Shown here: positions 23,614-32,000 of the stretch, one piece after another | Position numbering within the stretch: the stretch's first letter is position 1 | How the letters are laid out: every line of letters begins with the position of its first letter | Assembly: GCF_003214255.1 (NCBI RefSeq) | Contig: NZ_CP029011.1 | Location: 120,001 to 152,000, forward strand | From: Candidatus Karelsulcia muelleri | GTDB lineage: Bacteria; Bacteroidota; Bacteroidia; Flavobacteriales; Blattabacteriaceae | Direction: 5' to 3' | DNA: 32,000 bases | The notes under the pieces: generated by a model | Seen by the model: only the letters and a program-made list of their open reading frames with translations | Databases searched by the model: none | What the model was told of the DNA's origin: nothing | Translations under genes and position numbers: made by a program

Positions 23614-26040
23614 ATGTTTAATTTTTTTAAAATGTTATTACAAAATCGATTTGTTGATTATGAATCAATTTTTGAATCAGACTTGTTTCCTTTAATTTGC
23701 AAAGGAAATATTGAAGAAAAAATATTAAATTCTAAAGTGAAGGTTACAGAAACTCTAGAAATACTTTCTGTAAGAAATGTTGTGTTATTTCCAGGTGTAG
23801 TAATACCTATAACAGCTGGCAGAAAAAAATCCATTAAATTATTAAAAGATGCATATTCGGCTGATAACCCAATTGGGGTATTAACTCAAAAAGATTTGAA
23901 TATTGAAAATCCTCAAGAAAAAGACCTATACTACATAGGTACAGTAGCTAAAATATTAAAATTATTAAAAATGCCGGATGGCACTACTACCGTTATTTTA
24001 CAAGGACAAAGTAGATTTAAAGTTACTAAAATGATCCAAATTGAGCCTTATTTTAAAGCGGAAATAATCTATTTAAAAGATGAAAAACCAGACAAAGAAG
24101 ATAAAGAATATTTAGCTTTAATAGATTCTATTAAAGAAATATCAATAAAACTTGTACATGAGAATCATAATCTTCCTTCAGAATCTAGTTTTGCTATTAG
24201 CAATATAGAAAGTCAATCATTTCTTATAAATTTTGTTGCTTCTAATCTTAATTTAGAAATTAAAGAAAAGCAAATTATTTTAGAATATGATTTTGTGAAA
24301 CAAAGAGCAATAGAAACTTTTCGTTTTTTAACTTTAGAACATCAACAAATGATATTAAAAAATGAAATTAAATCTCGTGTTAAAAAGGAAATGGATCAAC
24401 AACAAAAAGAATATTTTTTAAATCAACAAATAAAAGCTATTAAAGAAGAATTAGGATATTTGTCATATGAAAAAGAAATAGAGGAAATGAAAGTTAAATC
24501 CTATCAAAAAAATTGGTCTAAAGAAACTCAAAAACAATTTGAAAAAGAATTAAGGAAATTTCAACGCACTAATCCACAGATGCCAGAATATACCGTATTA
24601 CGGAATTATTTAGAATTCATGTTAGATTTACCTTGGCAAACATATTCTAAAGATAGTTTTGATTTAAAACGTGCACATCAAATTCTTGATAAGGATCATT
24701 TTGGACTTGAGAAAGTTAAAGAAAGAATAATAGAATATTTATCTGTTATAAAACTGAAAGGAGATCTTAGGTCACCTATTCTTTGTTTTTATGGCCCACC
24801 AGGGGTAGGAAAAACTTCTTTAGGCAAATCAATTGCTTCGGCATTAAATAGAAAATATGTACGTATATCTTTAGGTGGATTAAATGATGAAGCTGAAATT
24901 AGGGGACATAGAAAAACCTATATAGGTGCTATGCCAGGAAGGATATTACAATCCATAAAAAAAGCCGGAACATCTAATCCAGTTTTTGTATTAGATGAAA
25001 TAGATAAACTGGGAATGGGGAATCAAGGAAATCCTGCTTCTGCAATGTTAGAAGTTTTAGATCCCGAACAAAATAAAGAATTTTATGATAATTTTCTGGA
25101 AATGGGATATGATTTATCTAAAGTGATTTTTATTGCTACAGCAAATTCCCTTTATCCCATACATATGGCACTTTTAGATAGAATGGAAGTCATAGATATG
25201 ACTGGATATACTGTGGAAGAAAAAATAGAAATTTCTAAAAAACATTTAATTCCAAAACAATTAAAAGAAAATGGCTTAACAAGCAAGGATCTTATTTTAG
25301 GGGTTAAACAAATTGAAAAAATTATTGAAAATTATACTAGGGAATCAGGGGTAAGATCTCTTGAAAAGAAAATTTCAAAAATTGTAAGATATGCTGCTAA
25401 AAATCTTGCGATGAAAAAAAAATATTTAAAACGTATAAATTTAGCAAAAATAGAAGAAGTATTAGGACCTCCTCAGGAGCCTGAAAAATATGAAGTTTAT
25501 AAAATTCCCGGAATAGTAACAGGATTAGCTTGGACTATGGGAGGAGGAGAGATTATTTATATAGAATCAACGTTATTGAAAGGAAAAGGAAATTTTAGTA
25601 TAACGGGAAATGTAGGAAATGTTATGAAAGAATCTGCTACTATAGCTTTAAAATATATAAAAGCTCATCATCAGGAATTTGGAATAAATGAAAAAATGTT
25701 TGAAATGTATAACCTACATATTCATGTACCAGAAGGGGCTGTACCTAAAGATGGCCCATCTGCTGGAATTACTATATTAACTTCTATAATATCTAGTTTT
25801 TTTAAAAAAGCAATACGTCCGTATTTAGCTATGACTGGGGAAATAACCCTTAGAGGTAAGATTCTTCCTGTTGGGGGAATTAAAGAAAAAATATTAGCAG
25901 CAAAAAGAGCTAATATAAAAGAAATAATTCTTTCAAAAGACAATCAAAAAGATGTTTTTGCGATACCAAAACCTTATATAAAAGGTATAAAATTTCATTT
26001 TATTAGGAAAATTATTGAAGTGATAAACTACTCTTTTTAG
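23614..26040 (+). CDS. lon: ATP-dependent Lon protease
   Basis: The N-domain motif is LSVRNVVLFPGVVIPI. The Walker A motif is GPPGVGKTSLGKSIA. The catalytic Ser motif is DGPSAGITILTS and the catalytic Lys region is GGIKEKILAAKRA. Confidence 0.95.
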   Translation: MFNFFKMLLQNRFVDYESIFESDLFPLICKGNIEEKILNSKVKVTETLEILSVRNVVLFPGVVIPITAGRKKSIKLLKDAYSADNPIGVLTQKDLNIENPQEKDLYYIGTVAKILKLLKMPDGTTTVILQGQSRFKVTKMIQIEPYFKAEIIYLKDEKPDKEDKEYLALIDSIKEISIKLVHENHNLPSESSFAISNIESQSFLINFVASNLNLEIKEKQIILEYDFVKQRAIETFRFLTLEHQQMILKNEIKSRVKKEMDQQQKEYFLNQQIKAIKEELGYLSYEKEIEEMKVKSYQKNWSKETQKQFEKELRKFQRTNPQMPEYTVLRNYLEFMLDLPWQTYSKDSFDLKRAHQILDKDHFGLEKVKERIIEYLSVIKLKGDLRSPILCFYGPPGVGKTSLGKSIASALNRKYVRISLGGLNDEAEIRGHRKTYIGAMPGRILQSIKKAGTSNPVFVLDEIDKLGMGNQGNPASAMLEVLDPEQNKEFYDNFLEMGYDLSKVIFIATANSLYPIHMALLDRMEVIDMTGYTVEEKIEISKKHLIPKQLKENGLTSKDLILGVKQIEKIIENYTRESGVRSLEKKISKIVRYAAKNLAMKKKYLKRINLAKIEEVLGPPQEPEKYEVYKIPGIVTGLAWTMGGGEIIYIESTLLKGKGNFSITGNVGNVMKESATIALKYIKAHHQEFGINEKMFEMYNLHIHVPEGAVPKDGPSAGITILTSIISSFFKKAIRPYLAMTGEITLRGKILPVGGIKEKILAAKRANIKEIILSKDNQKDVFAIPKPYIKGIKFHFIRKIIEVINYSF

Positions 26041-26059
26041 AGAGAGAGAAAAAAGAAAT

Positions 26060-27268
26060 ATGAAAATAAATTTTCATAAACTTACAAAAAAATATGGCAC
26101 TCCACTTTATGTATATAATGCCAATAAAATTGAAGATCAATATAAATTGATGAAAAAATCTTTTTCTTCTATAAAGAATTTTAAAATAAATTATGCTTGT
26201 AAAGCAAATACAAATATAAGTATATTAAAATTTTTAAAAAAATTAGGTAGTGGATTAGATACAGTATCTATACAAGAAGTGGAAATAGGATTTAAAGCTG
26301 GATTTAAACCAAAAGAAATTATATATACTCCTAATGGAGTTTCTTTAGAAGAAATAAAAAAAGCAATAAAAGCTGGAGTTCTAATTAACTTAGATAATTT
26401 ATCTCTTTTAGAACAAATAGGGAATGAGAAGACTAATTATCCTATAGGGATTAGAATAACCCCTCATATTATGGGGGGGGGAAATAAAAAAATTTCTGTA
26501 GGTCATATAGATTCAAAATTTGGAATATCATATTATCAATTACCTCATATTAAAAAAATAATTAAAAATACTGGCCTTCAAATTGAAGGCATACATATGC
26601 ATACAGGGTCTGATATTATAGATATGGGAGTGTTTTTCCAAATAGCTGAGAGATTATTAAACGTAGCTAATCTTTTCAAGACACTTAAATATATAGATTT
26701 TGGCAGTGGATTTAAAGTACCATATAAACAATCTGATTCCAAAACAGATTTAGATCTGTTAGCTTTTTTTTTAAAAAAAAAACTTTCAATTTTTTTTGAA
26801 AAAAATTCTTATAAGAAGATAAAATTGTTTTTTGAACCTGGAAAATTTTTAATGAGTGAATCAGGTTTTTTTTTAGTAAAGGTTAATGTTATTAAACAGA
26901 CTACTTCTACTGTTTTTGCTTGTGTTGATTCTGGATTTAATCATTTTATACGGCCAATGTTTTATGATTCATATCATCAGATAGATAATATTTCAAATCC
27001 ATTAGGAAAATTACGTTTTTATACTGTAGTAGGATATATCTGTGAATCGGATACATTTTGTGTTAATAGACCAATAAATGAAATAAGAGAAGGAGATATA
27101 TTATGTTTTAGAAATGCAGGAGCTTATTGTTTTTCTATGTCATCTCACTATAATTCTCGTTATAAGCCTGCTGAAGTTCTTCTTTATAAGAAAAAAGATT
27201 TTCTTATAAGAAAAAGAGAAAATATGCAAGATTTACTTAATAATATGTTTGAAATAGAATTTAATTAA
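26060..27268 (+). CDS. lysA: Diaminopimelate decarboxylase
   Basis: Motifs are TPLYVYN, the PLP Lys motif NYACKANTN, HMHTGS, FEPGK and GYICESDT. Confidence 0.9.
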   Translation: MKINFHKLTKKYGTPLYVYNANKIEDQYKLMKKSFSSIKNFKINYACKANTNISILKFLKKLGSGLDTVSIQEVEIGFKAGFKPKEIIYTPNGVSLEEIKKAIKAGVLINLDNLSLLEQIGNEKTNYPIGIRITPHIMGGGNKKISVGHIDSKFGISYYQLPHIKKIIKNTGLQIEGIHMHTGSDIIDMGVFFQIAERLLNVANLFKTLKYIDFGSGFKVPYKQSDSKTDLDLLAFFLKKKLSIFFEKNSYKKIKLFFEPGKFLMSESGFFLVKVNVIKQTTSTVFACVDSGFNHFIRPMFYDSYHQIDNISNPLGKLRFYTVVGYICESDTFCVNRPINEIREGDILCFRNAGAYCFSMSSHYNSRYKPAEVLLYKKKDFLIRKRENMQDLLNNMFEIEFN

Positions 27269-27279
27269 TTAGCTATCTA

Positions 27280-27365
27280 GGATAGATGGCAGAGTGGTCT
27301 ATTGCGGCGGTCTTGAAAACCGTTGAGTGTAAAAAACTCCGGGGGTTCGAATCCCTCTCTTTCCG
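27280..27365 (+). tRNA. tRNA-Ser (anticodon TGA), type II with long variable arm
   Basis: Hand-folded, 86 nt: acceptor GGATAGA/TCTTTCC with one U4:U69 mismatch, D arm GCA-GAGTGGTCTAT-TGC, anticodon arm GCGGT-CTTGAAA-ACCGT, variable arm T-GAGT-GTAAAAA-ACTC-C, T arm GGGGG-TTCGAAT-CCCTC, discriminator G. Confidence 0.9.
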
Positions 27366-27393
27366 CATAATAATCTTGGGGGTTGAATATGTA

Positions 27394-28479
27394 ATGGCAG
27401 GAAATATTTTTGGAAAATTATTTAGAATTACTACTTTTGGAGAAAGTCATGGATATGCATTAGGAGGTATAATAGATGGATGTCCCTCAGGATTAAAATT
27501 AAATTTTGAAGAAATTAATAATGAATTAAATCGTAGAAAACCTGGTCAATCTTCAATTGTAACTCCAAGAAAAGAATTAGATGAAGTACTTTTTTTATCA
27601 GGTATATTTGATGGGTTTACTACAGGGACTCCTATTGGATTCATTATTAAAAATAAAGATCATAATTCAAAAGATTATTTTAATATAAAAGATATCTATC
27701 GCCCATCTCATTCTGATTTTACATATTATAAAAAATATGGAATAAGAGATTATAGAGGGGGGGGAAGATCTTCTGCACGTGAAACTGTATCTCGTGTAGT
27801 TGGTGGTGCAATTGCTAAACAATTCTTAAAAAAAAAGAATATTTTTATAAAAGCATATGTTTCCTCTATAGGAAAATTAACTTTAAATGAAAATTATAAT
27901 AACCTTGATTTTTCGAAAATAGAAAAATCACCTGTCCGTTGTCCTGATTTAAAATTAGCAGAACAAATGATAGAATCTATTAATAAAATAAGAAAAAAAG
28001 GAGACACACTAGGTGGAGTAATTACTTGTATTATAAATAATGTTCCTATTGGAATTGGAGAACCAGTTTTTAATAAACTTAATGCTGAATTAGGTAAAGC
28101 TATGTTGTCTATAAATGCTGTAAAAGGATTTGAATATGGGAGCGGTTTTAATGGAACTAAAATGAAAGGATCTAATCAGAATGATCTATTTACTGAGAAT
28201 GGGAGTACTAAAACAAATTTTTCTGGAGGAATTCAAGGAGGCATTTCTAATGGAATGGATATTTATTTCAAGGTAGGTTTTAAACCAGTAGCTACTATTA
28301 GTAAAAAACTAAAAAGTTTAGATATTAATTTTAAAAGAAAAAACATTTTTGTAAAAGGTCGTCATGATCCTTGTGTTTTACCTAGAGCAGTTCCTATTGT
28401 AGAGGCAATGTCTGCATTAGTTGTATATGATTATATTCTTCTTAAGAAAGTATCTAAGATAAGAAAGAAAAGAAAATAA
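27394..28479 (+). CDS. aroC: Chorismate synthase
   Basis: The start is moved to the ATG at 27394 ([20 protein letters not shown], the canonical AroC N-terminus), because the ORF-track start at 27286 lies inside tRNA-Ser. Motifs are RPSHSD and [11 protein letters not shown]. Confidence 0.92.
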   Translation: MAGNIFGKLFRITTFGESHGYALGGIIDGCPSGLKLNFEEINNELNRRKPGQSSIVTPRKELDEVLFLSGIFDGFTTGTPIGFIIKNKDHNSKDYFNIKDIYRPSHSDFTYYKKYGIRDYRGGGRSSARETVSRVVGGAIAKQFLKKKNIFIKAYVSSIGKLTLNENYNNLDFSKIEKSPVRCPDLKLAEQMIESINKIRKKGDTLGGVITCIINNVPIGIGEPVFNKLNAELGKAMLSINAVKGFEYGSGFNGTKMKGSNQNDLFTENGSTKTNFSGGIQGGISNGMDIYFKVGFKPVATISKKLKSLDINFKRKNIFVKGRHDPCVLPRAVPIVEAMSALVVYDYILLKKVSKIRKKRK

Positions 28480-28484
28480 TTTTT

Positions 28485-30323
28485 ATGGAAAAAGGTAAAA
28501 TTAAAGTAACAGCAGAAGATATTTTTCCTGTTATAAAAAAATTTTTATATTCAGATCAGGAAATCTTTTTAAGAGAGCTAGTATCAAATGCAACTGATGC
28601 CATTTTAAAATTAAAAACTCTGATTAGTTTAGGTAAATTTTCTAAAAAAATAGATGATTTAATAATAGAAATTATCATAGATAAACCAAATAAAATTCTA
28701 AAAATTAGAGATAATGGAATTGGAATGACAAAAAAAGAAGTAGAAAAATATATTAATCAAATTGCTTTTTCAGGTGCAGAAGACTTTCTAAAAAAATATA
28801 AAATTAAAGAGATAATTGGTCATTTTGGATTAGGATTTTATTCATCTTTTATGGTTTCTGAAAAGGTAGAAATAATATCTAAATCTTATAAGGATTATGA
28901 AAAGGCTATTCATTGGATATGTGATGGCTCGACTAATTTTTCTATTAAAACTATAGAAAAACAAAACTCAGGAACTGAAATAATACTTCATATTAAGAAT
29001 AATTATAAAGAATTTTTAGAAGAAAAGAGAATAAAAACTTTACTAAGTAAATACTGTAAATTTATGCCGATTCCTATTTTTTTAGGAGAAAGTGAAGAAG
29101 GAAAAAATAAAAATAAAATAATAAATAACCCATTTCCTGTATGGAAAAAAAATCCAATAAATCTAAAAAAAGAAGACTATATAAATTTTTATAAAGAACT
29201 TTATTCTATTAAAATGGAAGATCCTTTATTTTGGATTCATCTAAATATAGATCATCCTTTTAAACTGACTGGAGTTCTTTTTTTCCCAAAAATAAAAAAT
29301 CAAATTGAACTTCAAAAAGATAAAATACATTTATATCAAAATCAAGTATATGTGACAGATAATTTAGAGGGGATAGTTCCAGATTTTCTTAATCTTTTAA
29401 AAGGTGTAATTGATTCTCCAGATATTCCACTTAATGTTTCGAGATCTGATCTTAAATCTGATTCATCAGTGAAGCAGATTTCAGGTTATATTACAAGAAA
29501 AGTAGCTGATCAGCTTGAAAAGCTGTGTAAAACTAATCGTGAAGATTTTGAAAAAAAATGGGAGGAGATAAAAATTATTATAGAATATGGAATGATTAGC
29601 AATCATAAATTTTATTTAAAAGCCAAAAAATTTGCTTTATATCCTGATCTAAATAATAAATATTATTTATTAGAAGAATATTTAGAAAAAATTAAATTAA
29701 AAAATAAATTTAAAGATGATAAAATAATTGTTTTTTATACTTCAAACTTAGAAAGTCAAAATTCTTATATAGAAACAATTAAAAATAAAGGATATAAAAT
29801 ATTACTATTAGATAGTCCAATTGTAGGGCATCTTATTCAAAAAATAGAAATTGATTATAAAAATATAAATTTTTATAGAGTGGATTCCGATCAACTCGAT
29901 AAACTTTTAAAAAATTATAATGTGAATGAACAAGAAATTTCAGAACAAGAAAAAAAGGAATTAAAAAATTCTTTAATAAAACATCTTGATCCAGAAAAAT
30001 TTTTAATAAAAATTAAAGATTTAGATCAATTTTCATTACCATTTATGATAACTATTCCGGAATTTGTTAGACGAATGAAAGAAATTAGTCTTACAGGAAA
30101 TCCTATGTTTAATTTAAAAAATTTTAATGATAAATATAATATTATTGTAAATAAAAATCATAAACTTATAAAAAAAATATTAAATGAAAAAAATTTAAAA
30201 AAAAAACAAAATCTTATTAAAGAATCCTTAAATTTAGTGATGTTATCACATAATCTTTTAAAAGGAAAAAAATTAACATATTTTATATCTAAAAGTTATG
30301 AAAATCTTTTAAAAAAAGATTAA
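28485..30323 (+). CDS. htpG: Molecular chaperone HtpG (Hsp90 family)
   Basis: GHKL ATPase motifs are present: FLRELVSNATDA, RDNGIGMT and GHFGLGFYSSFMV. Confidence 0.93.
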   Translation: MEKGKIKVTAEDIFPVIKKFLYSDQEIFLRELVSNATDAILKLKTLISLGKFSKKIDDLIIEIIIDKPNKILKIRDNGIGMTKKEVEKYINQIAFSGAEDFLKKYKIKEIIGHFGLGFYSSFMVSEKVEIISKSYKDYEKAIHWICDGSTNFSIKTIEKQNSGTEIILHIKNNYKEFLEEKRIKTLLSKYCKFMPIPIFLGESEEGKNKNKIINNPFPVWKKNPINLKKEDYINFYKELYSIKMEDPLFWIHLNIDHPFKLTGVLFFPKIKNQIELQKDKIHLYQNQVYVTDNLEGIVPDFLNLLKGVIDSPDIPLNVSRSDLKSDSSVKQISGYITRKVADQLEKLCKTNREDFEKKWEEIKIIIEYGMISNHKFYLKAKKFALYPDLNNKYYLLEEYLEKIKLKNKFKDDKIIVFYTSNLESQNSYIETIKNKGYKILLLDSPIVGHLIQKIEIDYKNINFYRVDSDQLDKLLKNYNVNEQEISEQEKKELKNSLIKHLDPEKFLIKIKDLDQFSLPFMITIPEFVRRMKEISLTGNPMFNLKNFNDKYNIIVNKNHKLIKKILNEKNLKKKQNLIKESLNLVMLSHNLLKGKKLTYFISKSYENLLKKD

Positions 30324-31630
30324 TGACAAATCATATTTCCCAAATAATCTATATTTAGTAATGTTACCTTTTTTATTTGATTTATTAAAAAGGATTTCCA
30401 TGTTGTTTTAGTTCTAATAAAATTATCTGTATATCCATATATATATCCGGATTTATTTTTTTTTTCAAATAAAACTTTTTTTTTTTTATTTATATTTTTA
30501 TAATAAAAATTATATTTTTTTCTTTTTGAAAGAATTCTAAGAATTTTACTTCGTTTATAACGAATTTTTTGTGGTATTGAATTTTTCATAGAAATTGCTT
30601 CTGTATTTATTCTTTCAGAATAAGAAAATACATGGAAATATGAAATATCTAATTTCGATAAAAATAAATAAGTTTCTATAAAATTTTTTTCTTGTTCTCC
30701 TGGAAATCCTACTATTACATCTGAACCAATACACGCATTGGGCATAAGATTTTTAATTTTAATTATTTTTTTTTCAAAAAAATTGGAAGAATACCTTCTT
30801 TTCATTTTCTTTAAAATTTCATCACTTCCAGATTGGAACGGAATATGAAAATGATGAACAAAAATTTTACTTTTAAGAATAAAATTAATTATATCATCAT
30901 TTAATAAATTAGGTTCAATTGATGAAATTCTAATTCTAATTATTTTTTTTTCATATAAAAAACTATCCATTGCTTTCATTAATTCTAAAAAATTAGATTT
31001 TGGTTTAAGATTTTTTCCAAAATCTCCTATATTAACACCAGTTAATACTATTTCTTTTATTCCTTTTTTTATAACATTTTTTGCATATTTTATAATATTT
31101 GTAATCTCATCAGATTTTGAGGTGCCTCTAGCTTTGGGAATAGTACAATAACTACATTTATAGTCACATCCATCTTGGATTTTTAAAAAAGATCGTGTCC
31201 GATTTAATTTTGAATATGAAGGAAAATATAAATCTGATTTTTTTAGATCAGAATAATATATTTTTGCAGTTTTTTTCTTATAAAGATTTATATTCTCTAA
31301 ATAATTAATTATCTTAAATTTTTTTTTTGCTCCAATGATTAAATCTATCCCATTTATTAATGATATTTTTTTTGGATTGACTTGTGAATAACAGCCTATA
31401 GCTACAATAAATGCATTTACATTATTTTTTAAAGCAATTTTTACAAGTTTTTTTAGTTTTTTTTCTGCATTGTTTGTAACTGAACATGTATTAATGATGT
31501 AAATATCAGCAAAAGATATATATTTTACATATTCATATCCTTTCATTAAAAATTTATTGATGATTGTATCGGTTTCTGTAAAATTAAGTTTACATCCTAA
31601 TGTAGAAAAAGCGACTTTTTTTTTTTTCAT
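30320..31630 (-). CDS. mtaB: Radical-SAM methylthiotransferase, MtaB-like (tRNA t6A37 methylthiotransferase)
   Basis: The MTTase N-domain cysteines are present (FSTLGCKLNFTETD, NTCSVT, IGCY), as is the radical-SAM motif CDYKCSYCTIP. The size is about 436 aa. The TLGCKLN-type N-terminus favours MtaB over MiaB or RimO. Confidence 0.78.
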   Translation of the reverse strand: MKKKKVAFSTLGCKLNFTETDTIINKFLMKGYEYVKYISFADIYIINTCSVTNNAEKKLKKLVKIALKNNVNAFIVAIGCYSQVNPKKISLINGIDLIIGAKKKFKIINYLENINLYKKKTAKIYYSDLKKSDLYFPSYSKLNRTRSFLKIQDGCDYKCSYCTIPKARGTSKSDEITNIIKYAKNVIKKGIKEIVLTGVNIGDFGKNLKPKSNFLELMKAMDSFLYEKKIIRIRISSIEPNLLNDDIINFILKSKIFVHHFHIPFQSGSDEILKKMKRRYSSNFFEKKIIKIKNLMPNACIGSDVIVGFPGEQEKNFIETYLFLSKLDISYFHVFSYSERINTEAISMKNSIPQKIRYKRSKILRILSKRKKYNFYYKNINKKKKVLFEKKNKSGYIYGYTDNFIRTKTTWKSFLINQIKKVTLLNIDYLGNMICH

Positions 31631-31633
31631 TTA

Positions 31634-32000
31634 TTAATTTTTTTCATTTAAAATCTTCCTTATTTCCTGTTTTTCCTGTTTTTTTCTCTTTGCAAGGGTT
31701 TTCAACACGAATGAATCATTCATTTTACAATGAAATAAATATTTTATAGTAGATTTCTTAATTTTAAATAAAAATTTTTTAAAAAGCTCATAAGCTTTTT
31801 TTTTATAAAATATAATTGGATCTTTTTGATCATAAACTGAATTTTGGGAATATAGGATTAAATCATCCATATCTTTAATATGGTTTTTCCATATTTCATC
31901 TATATAATAGATAATTATTTTATTTTCAAGTTTATTGATTACTTTATCAAAGTTTTTTGCATTATTTTTGTTTAAATCATGTTTAATGATTATTTTTTTT
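31634..32000 (-). CDS. secA: Preprotein translocase ATPase SecA, C-terminal end only (the CDS continues beyond the window)
   Basis: My hand translation shows the minus-strand frame is open from nt 31999: ...YYIDEIWKNHIKDMDDLILYSQNSVYDQKDPIIFYKKKAYELFKKF... This matches the conserved SecA helical-wing/IRA1 segment (ID..W.EHL..MD.LR..I.LR.Y.Q.DPL.EYK.E.F.MF). Stop at 31634-31636. Confidence 0.8.
   Translation of the reverse strand, partial: KKIIIKHDLNKNNAKNFDKVINKLENKIIIYYIDEIWKNHIKDMDDLILYSQNSVYDQKDPIIFYKKKAYELFKKFLFKIKKSTIKYLFHCKMNDSFVLKTLAKRKKQEKQEIRKILNEKN

Noticed and set aside
444-25943. Small antisense or overlapping ORFs from the track: 444-728(-), 8735-9040(-), 14490-14690(-), 16377-16559(+), 17557-17760(+), 18922-19107(+), 25722-25943(-)
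   Set aside because: Each lies entirely within, and antisense to, a well-supported conserved CDS (dnaE, carB, tilS, trpA/trpB, trpB, trpC/trpD, lon). Their low-complexity F/I/K/L-rich translations have no recognisable motifs. Such ORFs are expected by chance in AT-rich DNA, where stop codons on the complement of Lys/Asn/Ile-rich genes are locally depleted.
26039-26048. (AG)5 purine run between lon and lysA as a Shine-Dalgarno-like element or microsatellite
   Set aside because: It is too short to distinguish from chance. Bacteroidota-type translation initiation generally does not rely on SD pairing, and similar elements are not seen before the other genes.
27286-27393. N-terminal 36-codon extension of the aroC ORF ([24 protein letters not shown]...)
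   Set aside because: The extension is the translation of tRNA-Ser. The canonical chorismate synthase N-terminus MAGNIFG...GESHG begins at the ATG at 27394.
1-32000. Search for a novel defence, mobile or secretion system, or for unassigned gene blocks
   Set aside because: Every ORF longer than 100 aa that is not nested antisense within a conserved gene carries clear family motifs of core biosynthetic or housekeeping proteins. Intergenic space is 94 nt or less everywhere. There is no hypothetical-protein cluster, no integrase or transposase, and no inverted terminal repeats. Nothing is left over for an undescribed system to occupy.
1-32000. Alternative genetic code (UGA recoding, as in some tiny symbiont genomes)
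   Set aside because: All conserved genes are intact under the standard code. TGA acts as the stop at the ATGA junctions, where the proteins end at the expected length, for example carA, argF', trpG and trpB.

Overview
This window is extremely AT-rich and has almost no spacers, as expected for a highly reduced obligate-symbiont genome. The protein motifs point to a Bacteroidota (flavobacterial) insect nutritional endosymbiont of the Sulcia/Blattabacterium kind: archaeal-type ProRS, an acyl-ornithine-type transcarbamylase ArgF', a GNAT domain heading the arg cluster, MtaB and HtpG. The exact taxon cannot be proven from the sequence alone. I support 24 CDS (2 partial) and 3 tRNAs. In order: the 3' 2.66 kb of dnaE; a 10.9-kb arginine super-operon on the + strand (GNAT::argG fusion, argC, argD, carA, carB, argF', argB, argE); convergent tRNA-Asp(GUC) and tRNA-Lys(UUU); aroK and tilS; a complete trpE-G-D-C-(F::B)-A operon on the - strand; proS; lon, lysA, tRNA-Ser(UGA), aroC and htpG on the + strand; and mtaB plus the 3' end of secA on the - strand. 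I see no rRNA, CRISPR, transposase or integrase, toxin-antitoxin, restriction or other defence genes, and no unassigned multi-gene block. I therefore find no evidence for a novel biological system here; this is core biosynthetic and housekeeping content. The unusual features are structural. (1) There are several perfect, undecayed short tandem arrays: a 24/18-mer array in frame inside dnaE, (TCTCTT)13 abutting the arg operon start codon, (TTATT)9 between the two convergent tRNAs, a 15-bp in-frame duplication in carA, (TTTTAA)4 at the trpG C-terminus, and a 13-bp duplication of the trpE start site. (2) There are two translational gene fusions, GNAT::ArgG and TrpF::TrpB. (3) Compaction is extreme: five ATGA stop/start junctions, convergent gene overlaps, and an argE stop codon lying inside tRNA-Asp. 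(4) Many homopolymer runs of 12-14 A and 8-9 G sit inside intact CDSs. Standard genetic code is used, and TGA is a functional stop at the ATGA junctions.
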